A DNA stretch of 64,000 nucleotides. Source: Marsupella aquatica. Lineage: Eukaryota; Plantae; Marchantiophyta. The stretch lies in the NCBI GenBank assembly GCA_973895155.1, contig OZ316898.1, positions 19,603,292 to 19,667,291 of the forward strand. Direction: 5' to 3'. The notes under the pieces were generated by a model that worked only from the letters and a program-made list of their open reading frames with translations, made no database searches and was not told the DNA's origin. Shown here one piece after another: positions 49,160 to 61,243 of the stretch. Within the stretch, counting starts at the first letter, position 1, and each line of letters begins with the position of its first letter. Made by a program: the position numbers and the translations under genes.

Positions 49160-51183
49160 GATATTGGATTAACCTAGTAGAACGGAAGATTAAAGGGTGC
49201 GGAGCTCACGAGGACTTAACGTTACCAATTTGGTAACTCGAGGAGTTTGTTGACCTCCTCTGCCCTTTTTGGGCTAGACAATATCTTCTTCCCCGAAAGC
49301 AAGCTTGATCTGTGGGACTCACGGATTGAAATGGCGAGAGCAGTTCACCCGGGAAATGAGTTTGGAGCATTACCATGTCCTTGCGGTACATATTCCAGAA
49401 AATATCAGGTCATGTTTCCAGCGATCGACTAGCCTGGGAGGTTAAATTTCTGAATCACAAGCTTTTATCGTCCAACCATCGTCCAGGAACAACTGTGACA
49501 TCCATCCCGTTCCTCTGTTTACCAACAATTTTGAGATCTATACCACACTTGAGTACTAGTGGCAAAGCCAAATTCAGTCATGTAGACTTAAAGAACAATT
49601 TTTTCATTCTTCACCGATGTAGTTCTATATCGAGGCTACAAGTCTCAGAGAGGCTAATCATACCACTTCAAAGAGAAAGATTTGTACAGTTTTCCAGCAA
49701 CATTCTGCTCAATTTCTTTGTACCTAAGCTTCCGAGGCTACTTGCCCAGGAATGTGAAGCACGAACAGTTTCATACAGCTATATGGTAGTCTCCTTTTTT
49801 ATATGGATTCGATAGATTAAATTCCACAAGCAGTTGTATAATAATTCTATCATTGAAACGTTTCGCTTGCATTTGATCCCGAGGAATCCCTGGAAGCAAT
49901 TCCAGGCTGACCTCTTTTGTCAACCTCATGAATCTCGCCTCGTCTCCAATCTTTTTCCTCCACCTTCTATCTCCATTTTAGCTTGTCCCTTGTCATCATT
50001 TTCAACAGTGATGTGGCTTCCTCTGGAGATTGCTACCTTTCCGTTCGTAGCCTAGAAACATGTCTGCCTGCTCGCTCGAATTTGAGCTTGGAGTATGGCC
50101 ACAAAGTTCGGTTCCCCAGGGTTGCGACTGCTTACAAATCCTCGACTGCTTACAAATCCTCCTGCTTACAATTGCTATGACGAATGGACTTCACAGAGTT
50201 ATTGCTCAATTCATGGCTTTCATCTCATGCACCTGGACGAGACATGACCCCCATGTCCCACCTGCTGCAAGACCGATCCGAATGCAGATCGATGTAAGCG
50301 AATGAAACGAGCAGATAGAAGCCTTGCCAAGACTGTTAAAGCCAACGAATTCATATTCAAAACAATGCTAATCTTTCATATTCAAACAGTGCTAATCTTG
50401 CCATGCCACACATTGTCATCACCACACTAGAACCCAGCTCCACTTTTAGAACTCTTAGCTATTCAATTCCGACCCTGGCATTCCGATACCATGCACTCTC
50501 CTCTCCTCTGGAAAGGGTAATTGTAAAGTGTGAGCAAACAATACAAAATTTCCTCTTTGCAGGAGCAAAAAACATTCTTGTATGACCCCTATTTTTCTTC
50601 ATCGAACTGCCTGGCTATCAACTACCTGGGTGGTAACATCCCTTTTGGGGACTGCCCTTTTTGCTAGCCATCTGGAGTCTTTGTAAAAACACAAAAAAAA
50701 TACAAAAGGCGCGCACCTGAAAGTAAATGAAATTTTGAAACCAATAGTGTCTTGCTAATAACATTTTCTTCCCTATCAAAATCTCCTGTTTTCTAGCAAC
50801 AAAGAATACCTCCTCTAGAAAGACCTTGGCCACTAATTGAAGATCAGTTGCCTTTAGAAGAAGCGAGAGTGTCCATAATATATGACGGTTAGTCAAAGCA
50901 ATTGCAGTGAAATTGCTTCCTTCATTGGACTGCGCAGAGCACAACCCCAAAACTAATCAAATCCACAAATGCTATTGAGGACCATAGACAGAACTGTTGG
51001 CCACAAACTGAGCAACTATTGGACTTCAACCTTGACCCACAAGTAGTACTCAATTGCCAAAACAACATTTAGGGACATGGTCACTAAAGATGATTGATTG
51101 TTTTTTGTCAGTAAAGATGTTCAAACTGTAGGGCTCCTAGTGTTTTCATTGTATTTACAAATATGCCACTAGTTATATATGGA

Positions 51184-51915
51184 CTAGTCCAATGCCCGTG
51201 CATTGCACCAAAGATGTTGAGGTGAAAAAATATGTCGAGCTGAAAAAAATGTTAAAGGGAGAAAACGGTGTTACGGTGAAGGAAAGATGACAAGGTGACA
51301 TATCAATGTTGAAGCAAAACAAGATGTCAAGGTGATGCAAAACATTGTTAACGCAATGTAGAGGTGAGAAAAATGGTGAGAAAAATATGTCAATTGCGGT
51401 CTTTCTCTCTCCTCATGGTGCATAGTGTAATAATGACATTCCTCCATAACCCCAATGACAAATTAGAAAGTACACTCTATATAGCTCCATAATTATTATA
51501 CCTTCAAGTATAATTGTACACAGGTGTAGAGCATGTAAAGTGGTCAAATATAGCCGCATAATTATTGTACCTTTCAGTGTACAATTGTACAGAGGTGTAG
51601 AGCATGTAAAGGTGGTTAGGTGTGCCTTGGCTTCTACAATGAGGTGTTCCCATGTACCTTGGCCTTACCTACCTTTTGAGTGTGAGATAGAAATGAGAGG
51701 AGACACGTGGCTTGGTGTACCCTTTGGTCTTCTTTTAGGGTCCTTTCCCCTCCTTCCCCCCTTCATTGAGCTGCTATTATGCCATTGGGATCATATCTCC
51801 CTTGGCTTGGTGAACCCTTTGGTCTTCTTGGGGTCCTTTCCCCTTCCCTTCATTGAGCTGCTATTATGCCATTGGGATGTTTTTGCCCTTTGGCAGTGTG
51901 ATATACTACTAGAGA
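51184..51915 (-). mobile_element. Probable non-autonomous Helitron, family B, with internal tandem duplications
   Basis: Minus-strand 3' end GTGCAATGCACGGGCATTGGACTAG|T; candidate 5' end TCTCTAGTAGTAT; internal duplications of about 69 and 90 bp. Confidence 0.5.
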
Positions 51916-52311
51916 CCTGGATGATTTTGGTGTCATTTAATGGTCATGAAAAATCTTGTTTTCAATAGACGATCTGGATTTGTTCTCGTGTTTTTAGATT
52001 TTCATAAGAAGGCAAAGCCCAGAATGGTCGAGATTGTATATTATACTCTAAGTTGATTTATCCATTCGAAACTTCAAATTAGGAGTCGATTCAGTCGCAG
52101 TTCCCTGTGGCGGGCGGTTCATATTTTAATGGCGTTCCCACTCATCAGTGTTTTTTTCTTTAAAAATTCTTGCAGCCCACCTCTCCAGGTCAGCAAAGAC
52201 GTTACTCGATCGGGCGATCGGAACGACAACTCTATTTATTAAACGATGTCCTCCATCTCACTGTAGAGTATCTCTCTAACGCTTCCTCTCGCTCGCTCTC
52301 AGACTCGCCCC

Positions 52312-52312
<1 letters not shown>

Positions 52313-52350
<38 letters not shown>
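52313..52350 (+). repeat. (CT)n microsatellite, 5'-UTR-like
   Basis: About 18 CT units followed by ATG ACA GAT TTT CTC GAT CAG GT. Confidence 0.9.
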
Positions 52351-52353
<3 letters not shown>

Positions 52354-52399
52354 TCGGGTCTCGGATGACAGATTTTCTCGATCAGGTCACCTTCTACCC

Positions 52400-55300
52400 T
52401 GTTAGAAACTGCGCTGTACTCGTGACATTAAGGGAGTAATAGACCACTCGCTGTCCTTAGTACTATGAGCTTGACAGGAGCGCATTATGCGCTCCCCACT
52501 TACGGTAGTAAATACAGTAGGTGCGCCCCATGCGCTCCCCACTCTGCTTAGTTAGCGGTGTCTCTTATGACTAGTAGGTCTAGGTTAGTAGCCCAGTCCG
52601 TCGATCTCCCTTGATCTGCGATCTCCTCTCTCTACTTATATGGCCCTCCGCTGCATCTTCAGTATTCAGTCTACTTACGATAGATTCCAACATGGTATCA
52701 GAGCCAGGGCTCTGAAAGATTAGCTACATCTTCGTAATCTGAGATTAGAACGATAGTGCAGTCATCAGGTAGAAAGTGTCCCTGATTAGCGCACTCTTTA
52801 GACAGCTCCTCGTGTAGAAACGAGATACGTGTAACTACAGTCTGAGTGAGAATTCCTCAAACTGCACTTACACCATCGGTAATCCCAGATGGACCTACTT
52901 AGATTATTCTCAGAGAGCGACAAGCTCGATGGCTCTGTGAATCACATGACTTGGACCATAGTGGTCAAGAATCTCTTGCGAAGAGATGAACTATTTGATG
53001 AGCTGAACTTTGGCGTGAAGCCAGACGCCAATGGTGACATTGTTGACGGAGGTCAGCACCTGACGGCAGCTGAAAAGCAGAAGAAGAAGGTTCGGGCAAC
53101 TTCAATCTTGGCAGCTACAGTCAAGTCCAAGTTCCTGCCCACTGTTGACCGATACAATGCTGACCCTGCCAAATGCTGGGCACACTTTCAGCAACGATTC
53201 GAAGGCAATCTTCTTCAGCGACAGTTACTGTCAACGGTTGAAACGGTTAACGAGCTCGGTTGAAACGTACATCAACACTGTTAACGAGCTTGCTGGTCAC
53301 TTGTCCAACATCAATGCCGAAACCGATGAGACTCGCCTAATACACATCGTACTTAAAGGGCTCCCAAGTTCCTGGGGTCCCTTTGTCTCTATGTTTGCAG
53401 CTGATCTGTCTCGCACTCCAAAGCCAACCTACTCCAGTCTGGTTGAACGCCTCCAGGCTGAAGAGTATTGGAAGAAGGGGAAGCAGATCGAGGTGACGGA
53501 GGAAGCAATGGCTGTTACACGTCACTTTGGTCGAGGTCGGGGACGCTTTCAGCCACGAAATGATGGCTACAATCAGCCACGAGGAAACGGCAACTTTGGC
53601 AACTTTCGTAATCCACGTCCAAATCCTGCTGGACGTGGCAGGAGGCTCGGGAACTGCAACTATTGCAGCAAGGTAGGTCACTGGGAAGCTGATTGTGACC
53701 TTAAGAAACTAGATGATCAGATTGCTGACCTACAGTTGAAAGCTACAGGCATTCGCAGGTTCCGTCCCCAGGCCAACATTGCTGAGCTCCTCCCTGAGGC
53801 AGAGGTCAACGAAGAAGACCAGATTGAGTTTGCCACTGACGAAGGCGAACCTATCGAGATCAACTTCACTGAGATCAATGCTCAGCGTAGCTCTAGCGAA
53901 TGGATTTTAGACTCCGGTGCAAGTACTCATGTGAGCGGTGATAATGTTGTGTTCCACAATATCACCCCAGGTGCCCGCTCTGATTCTGTAACCACTTCCA
54001 GTGGCACTCAGCGTCCCGTAGCTGGCCAGGGCAGTGTCTCCGTTGATGAGAATAAAGTTGTCTCCAATGTTTTGTACGTCCCGGGTCTGAAACGTAATCT
54101 TCTATCCATCGGAAATCTAACAGATGCAGGACACCTTATTCTCTTCAATTCTAAGTCCTGTTTCATCTTTGACAAAGATAATCCACGGAAGGTCTTCCTC
54201 CACGGCACCAGAGATCCTCGGAACAAGCTTTATAAGCTTCGTCAACGACTTCCTATTCTCACTCCTCCCTATTCACCATTACGTGTACAGCTTTGATCAA
54301 CTCCTGCACTGGTTACTGAGGTCTCAACTCCTGATCATGCTGCACCAGTCTCGACCACTGCTACATCGACTTCCGATCAAGTCGAACTCTGGCATCGACG
54401 CTTAAGTCACGTCAATTACCAGATGGTACACCATATGTCTAAGGGCTCCTTAGTTACTGGTATTCCGCTGCTACCACGAGTCAAACGAGTTTGCCATACC
54501 TGCACACTTGGCAAACATCATCGAGAGAAGATTCCAAAACATTCCATGACTCGCACTTGTCGCCCTTTGGAACTTATTCACACTGATCTATGTGGACCAG
54601 TCCGAGGTCCTGCCCCTTCCAAGTATATCCTAACCTTCATCGATGATTTTTCCCGTTTCACGTGGGTTTATTTCTTATCCAGAAAAAGTGAGACATTTGA
54701 TATCTTTAAGGAATTTCAACTTATGGTTGAGAATAAATTCTCCCACAAGCTAAGTTGTCTCCTCTCTGACCGTGGTGGAGAATACATGTCTACCGAGTTC
54801 CTTGAGTTTTGTAGAGAAAATGGCATTCGACAACAATTGACTATGGCTAATGCCCCTCATCAAAACGGGGTGGCTGAACGGAAAAATCGCACACTTCTTG
54901 AAGGCACTCGCAGTATTCTCATCGGTTCACACACCCCTCTCTCACTTTGGACTGAGAGCATCCGCACGGCCAACTATATTCAAAATCGTTTAGGCATGAA
55001 GGCCCTCCGTCAGACTACTCCGTTCGAAGCTCTTCATGGTACTAAGCCTGACCTTGGGCACCTTCGCGTGATTGGCTGCACGGCATACGTGCTTCTTCCA
55101 GACTCACTATGCTCCAAATTAAGTGCTAAGTCTATCCCTACTTTATTTCTTGGTTATGATGAGGAGTCCAAGGCTTATCGATGCTACGACACCGTGCGCC
55201 ACAGAATTCTCATTTCCAAAGATGTTATTTTTGATGAGAATACGATGTGCATCCCTTCCACAGTTCGTTCCTCTGCTGCTGATTTTTTCACCAGACTTCT

Positions 55301-57831
55301 CTCAACTTCAGATGAGGATCCTCTCGACCAACAACATCGACCTGGGCCTCTCGTCCCAGAGGGGGAAATTCTTCCTGGACCCGAGCAAGTCCAGCATGGC
55401 ATCGTGGACCAGGCCAACATCATACCTGCTGATGCTGCTCAACCTGAGCCCGCTACGCCAAATATTCAGCCCAACATTCCAGCAGTTCCTCCTCCACCTC
55501 GGCCGGCTGCCACTCGACATTCTCTAAGAGCTCATCGACCACCACCTTGGCACGATGACTACGATATGAGCACCAACTTAGTTGAATCTGCTAGTCCAGA
55601 ATGTGAGCAGCTATCTCCAGAGGAGGCTCTCAAACATCCTGGCTGGAAAAAGGCTATGGAAGAAGAGATTGCATCTCTCCTGAATATGGGGACTTGGGAA
55701 CTTGTGTACCTCCCCGCTGGCAGAAGAGCTCTTACAGCCAAATGGGTCTTTCGGGCCAAACCCGACTCCACCCGGTTTCGTCTCAAAGCAAGGTTAGTTG
55801 CTCGTGGATTTGAGCAAAAATTTGGTGTAGACTATAATGAAACCTTTGCTCCTGTAGTTAAATGGTCAACATTGCGCACCATCATTGCCTTAGCTGTTGC
55901 CAACGGATGGCCTCTCCATCACATGGACGTTGTCACCGCCTTCCTGAATGGCACCCTTACGGAAGAAATTTATATGCACCAACCACAGGGTTTTGTCATT
56001 CCTGGCAAAGAAGGCATGGTCTGCAAACTACGACGGTCCCTTTACAGATTAAAACAATCCCCCCGGGCATGGTATGAAGAAATTGACTCTCACTTAAGAT
56101 CTACCGGATGGACTCGGAGCCTTGCTGACCCAAATCTCTACTTTCGACACCAAGATGGTCAGTTAGTTATCATCATGCTCTACGTTGATGATCTACTTAT
56201 CACCGGTAGCTGCTCAGATCAAATTGCTACAGTCAAGGCTCACCTTCATCAAAAGTATCATATGAAGGACTTAGGCCTGGCACAAAAGTATCTTGGAGTC
56301 GAATTTCTTCCCACCCCATCTGGAATGATTCTTCACCAGACGGCTTACTGTGAACAACTTGTTCAGGAATTTGGCATGCAGGACTCCAAACATGAGCATA
56401 TTCCGCTCCCAGAAGGACACGTTCTTACTTGTGACACTAGCACGCCCTCTGTGGATGTCACTGATTATTGTCATGCTGTTGGCAAGTTAATATTTCTCAC
56501 CCATACTCGACCCGACATCGCATACGCTGTGGGGATTGTCAGCCGCTATATGTCTTGTCCACAAGAACGTCACTGGGAATCCGTCAAGCATATTCTTCAT
56601 TACCTAAAGGGGACTACCAATTTTGGCATTCAATTTCAGCGCTCTAATACGTCTCTTCTTCAAGGCTTCACGGATGTTGACTTTCTAGGCTATCCTGATA
56701 CTCGTCGCTCCCGAGGTGCCTACCTCATTCAGCTTGCCAATGGACCTATCTCCTGGTCCAGCAAACTCCAAACCACTGTATCGGATAGCATTACTGAAGC
56801 GGAATACAAAGCGTTATCTGAGGGCACCAAGGAGGCTATTTATGTGCGACGACTCCTTCTGGAACTTAATGATACCTCGGCTATTAAGGTCCCTATTGGT
56901 ATTTCAAATCCAACCATCCAGGGCAATCTTGCTCAGGCCTCTACTCCTACTTCTTTAGACGTTCATTTACATTGTGACAATCAGGGCTCTATCAAGCTGG
57001 CCAAAAATCCTGTGTTCCATGCATGCACCAAGCACATCGAAGGAAAGCATCATTTCGTGCGCGAAAGAGTGCTAGAGGGGGAAGTTAATCTGTCTTACAT
57101 TAACACAGCTGATAATCCCGCAGATTTACTCACGAAACCTCTTTCGAGACACAAATTCGAAAAACATCGACAATTTATTGGGGTCACTTCGATTTCAGAA
57201 GTAGATGTTCAATCCTAGTATTGCTGAAATCGATCAGCTCTACCTCCTGTAAAGTCTTATAACGCCTCACCACTACTCTCCTCCACCAGCTGCATCGACT
57301 CACCCGCCACTACTGACAACAAACTACCGGCTCTACCGGCTCTACTGGCTCTTGCATCAATGGAATCCACCGTGCCATTATCCGGCAACCGATGTGCAGC
57401 ACAGTAAAGGCATACCCAAGCATCTCGCAGCTTGCACTGAGACACACTATCAAGATGCCAATGAACGACATTTTTTCTCTCTCATCTCGCCGCACTCCGC
57501 CTTCTGCACTCTGTTCCTCCCTTACTCACTCGAGAGGGGGTGTTAGAAACTGCGCTGTACTCGTGACATTAAGGGAGTAATAGACCACTCGCTGTCCTTA
57601 GTACTATGAGCTTGACAGGAGCGCATTATGCGCTCCCCACTTACGGTAGTAAATACAGTAGGTGCGCCCCATGCGCTCCCCACTCTGCTTAGTTAGCGGT
57701 CTCTTATTACTAGTAGGTCTAGGTTAGTAGCCCAGTCCGTCGATCTCCCTTGATCTGCGATCTCCTCTCTCTACTTATATGGCCCTCCGCTGCATCTTCA
57801 GTATTCAGTCTACTTACGATAGATTCCAACA
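52400..57831 (+). mobile_element. Full-length Ty1/copia LTR retrotransposon, defective, no TSD
   Basis: LTRs 52400-52692 and 57541-57831 (TG..CA; one 2-bp indel and one substitution), PBS TGGTATCAGAGCC at 52693-52705, PPT GAGAGGGGG at 57532-57540. Confidence 0.97.
52889..57218 (+). pseudogene. Copia gag-pol polyprotein, disrupted
   Basis: KLDGSVNHMTW, CNYCSKVGHWEADC, WILDSGASTH, LWHRRLSH, HTDLCGP, SDRGGEY, KARLVARG, YVDDL, CDNQGSI. Frameshift at about 53230-53256; in-frame TGA at 54294-54296. Confidence 0.93.
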
Positions 57832-58580
57832 ATTTGTACGTAATAATTCTTAGGCTCCAGTGGTCGTGAGCCACTTATCAATCGAGGTCTAACTTCAAAC
57901 ATTTCCTATTTGTGGACTATTGTTTTGTCTACAAACTTTGCTCCCTCACTGACGGTGTGTAGTTAAAAGTTCTATTTACCTGATTCTTCGGCGATGGCAA
58001 TTCGAGAAGGTGACTTAATATCTCGTTAGATTTCGTATCAATCAATCTGCAACTAGTTGCCAACCTTCAGAATTCAGAGTAGCCTGGTGGATAATGTATC
58101 TGCATGTCTGAATTCCTAACGAGTAAATTAGTTTCCTCCCAGTAGATTATTTCCTACCAAGGGGCATCGAGACTATTTCCGGTACAAATAAGATTAGTCT
58201 TTAAGCAAAAACGCGAACTGAATCTCACGACTAAATGCTAATTTCAAACGTTGAGAATACGACTTAAGTCAATTTTAACAGTTTTGCCATGACTCTTGTT
58301 TTGCAATTCGATTCATTACCTCCCTGGGCATTTCTTATTTGCTGTGCAGCAGGTCGGAAACGGGGTCATGTGTGGATGGAGAGCGTGAATTTGAATCTTG
58401 TGCACTTGGTGCGACAGTTCTGCAAAATCCTTTCCGTCAAGGCAATTGAGGACATCTACGTACAGGTACAGTAGGTACTTTGGAACAAAGATTCGTAAGC
58501 TCTGGCCGGGGTAGCAGACGAATTCTCAGCCATGAGTACCGTAACGCAGCAACTGCCACAGTGAGAGTGAGGAAAGGGAA

Positions 58581-59913
58581 ATGGAAGACGAGGAGGCGAG
58601 CGAGCAGGAGGTCACCTGCACGGAATTGCTTCCAGGGATTTCCGACTCTATTACCGTGCATAGTATTAGTCCACGCTTGCGGTGGACAACACTTCACACT
58701 CTAACATCAGTAAGCCGTGGCTGGCAAGAATCCGTTCGACGTCACGAGATTTATAACGCAAGAGTTCGCTCTCACTCAACAGACGAGCTTGCTGTCATCA
58801 AATATAGTAGTGGTCACGCGAATTATCCTTATCATAGCAATGACATTGCTCTCTATTGCGTGAAAGAGAAAGTTTGCTATCAAATTCCTGCCTTCGCAAT
58901 TGTTGGCAGTGAATTCCCGAAGGCATGCGAATGCGTAACGGTGGATGGGAAAATCTATCTTTTGGGAGGATTTTCACGCAAATCGTGCGTTCGCAGCAGT
59001 AGTAAAGTATATGTGTTGGATCTGGCTGGGCAGAGGCCGTGGAAAAGGTGTGCAAATATGCTTCAAAAAAGACATAACTTTGGATGTGGGGTTATCTATC
59101 TTTGGTGGTATTACTCTCAGGCCTTGTGATGAAGCAGCTCAGGTTTATGATCCAGATGTAGATGGTTGGAGGTCGATGAGGCCTCGTGATGAAGCAGAGG
59201 TTTATGATCCAGATGTAGATGGTTGGACGTCGATCAAGCCTCGTGATGAAGCAGAGGTGTATGATCCAAAAGTAGATGTTTGGACTGCGATCAAGCCCAT
59301 GGCACGACCGAGGTTCTGGCACAAAGTTGGAACAGTGGGAGACGAGCTGTTGCTCTACGGTGGAATTTCTATCAATCCTGATTGGCAGCCTGAACCTGGC
59401 GATAAAATTTCATCGATATTGAGCGACACTAATATTGCAAATAATTTGGAAATATACAACCCTGTACAGGATACATGGAGAATCTTGCCAGACGGTCCTT
59501 GGAGAGATTCGCACCAAGAAGCACTTTTCATGTCTGAAGGCAAATTGTATTCCATGACTGTGTCCAGCATTTTTGTCTTCGATTTTGAGAACAAATCAAA
59601 GACACTTCTACAGTCTTGCTCGTATGCAATTGAAGGATTGCTGGATGTGCCGGAGTTAGGGCCAGTAGCAATTGTACCCTTGGATGGTGAACTTTTAGCA
59701 ATACTTCGATACCGTGTCGAGCGCAATCCAATTCAATTACCTAACTTTGGCGCAGCACGTAACCGTCAAGGATATAGGTTAAGCGCTCCAGGTCTTCTTC
59801 GGAGTAGAGGCTTTGGCGTCGAGGGCAACCCAATTGTGTGGGAGAGAGCAGAGTGCTCTCTTTCCTTAGAATTTGTGATGGAGTCAAGCTTCATAGTTCC
59901 CCTTCGACTTTGA
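58581..59913 (+). pseudogene. F-box/kelch-repeat protein, frameshifted
   Basis: F-box-like LLPGISDSITV..I.PRL...SVSRGW; kelch motifs DGKIYLLGG, IFGG..EVYDP..W, LLLYGG. Deletion and frameshift near 59095. Confidence 0.85.
59119..59292 (+). repeat. In-frame tandem triplication (60, 57 and 57 bp)
   Basis: RP(C/R)DEA.(Q/E)VYDP(D/K)VD(G/V)W... three times. Confidence 0.92.
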
Positions 59914-60718
59914 CCAGATTATACGTAGCCTGGTCGAACAACTTTCGGTAGGCGAGGTCTTACTTCGACGGAGCTTGAAATGTGTTTCAGAGTATCTCGA
60001 TAGGACTTTCTTTCGTCAAGACTCCTATTGATATTCGAGATTGCTGTTGATGCTCGAGGAGAGCTCACCGGTCCAATTTATCTGTTGTTAGACAAGTTCT
60101 GTGCCAAATAATCCAGGCATTCCAAGTTCAATGTCGTGATTTTCAGTTAATTTCAAAAATTTTAGGTAAGTTAAATTTTAAAATTCGTTCGCACGCTAGT
60201 CAGAGTCTTTGCACTGTATTAGCTTTAGAAGTTCAGTTCAACTTGAGGAGCAGAATTTTATTTCATTTTCCATTTTTTTCTAAGGAGCAGGATTAGTGTT
60301 AAGCACTCGAAAAGTGTAACACTTTGATGGATCTACGTTTCACATATTCTAGTAGTATCTCCTTTCTCAAGTCGGAAGTATGCTGTTGCCCTTCTCAACG
60401 AGCCATGGCTCATTAGGTTGAGAGTTAGCTGAAAACTAACGACCTATCGTGCCCTGGCAAGTAATTAGAGGGTGGCGATGTAACAACGAGTCCTTCCTAA
60501 AATGTAGTGCCTAGACGAAGAACTGAGTCATCGCTCTTACTGCTTGCTTGTTCTCCGCATGTCAACAAGTAAGGACCAGCAGAGTAGTGTCTCCCAGTTG
60601 AGTGGCAATTGCGAGTCACAGCTGATCTCGAGAAGTCATACAAGGTCACTCAAGCTGACTTGCAGAGTACGTTGGGATGCGCACATGCATGATCCTTATG
60701 CAAAATGGACCTGTCCAG

Positions 60719-61243
60719 TCACACATATGTTGAAGGAGGTGAGCTTTCAGAAGAAGTCGGTAGATTCAGTGGTTGACCTTGGTCCTTTCGGAGGAGGACA
60801 TAGAGAGCATAAAGTATACCAGGGATGTACCCAAACAGAGTCATAACCAAGTCGATCCAGAATTCTTTCTGCCAAAACATACACCACAGTGAACACAGAA
60901 TTCCGAAATGTGTTACTAAGGATATGCGATCATTTCAGATCTGAAAAAGCTCAGAAGAGTTCCAAACTGGACATGCAGACATTCTATTGAGCACATAACC
61001 AAACGACTGCAAAGATGTTTAATTAAGCAGTTTATATGAATCCGTGTCGATGGCCCTGGGCATGTGAGACTGCTGATGTAACGTTGTCAGACAAGGTAAG
61101 TTATAAAGGTAGGTTATAAGCACCGTTCTTCTGTTTTCTATTACCTCGAACCTGTAGCCGAGAAAGACACCCAGTGGGGGTAGAAAAATTGCCAGTAGAA
61201 CATCGCAGAAAGTTGGAGTTTCCCCAAAATATCTGGGACCCAT
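60719..61243 (-). CDS. RCI2: RCI2/PMP3 (UPF0057) small membrane proteolipid, 2 exons, 82 aa
   Basis: Exon 61243-61145 (..TFCDVLLAIFLPPLGVFLGYRFE), GT..AG intron, exon 60868-60719 (KEFWIDLVMTLFGYIPGILYALYVLL plus a hydrophilic tail). Confidence 0.93.
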
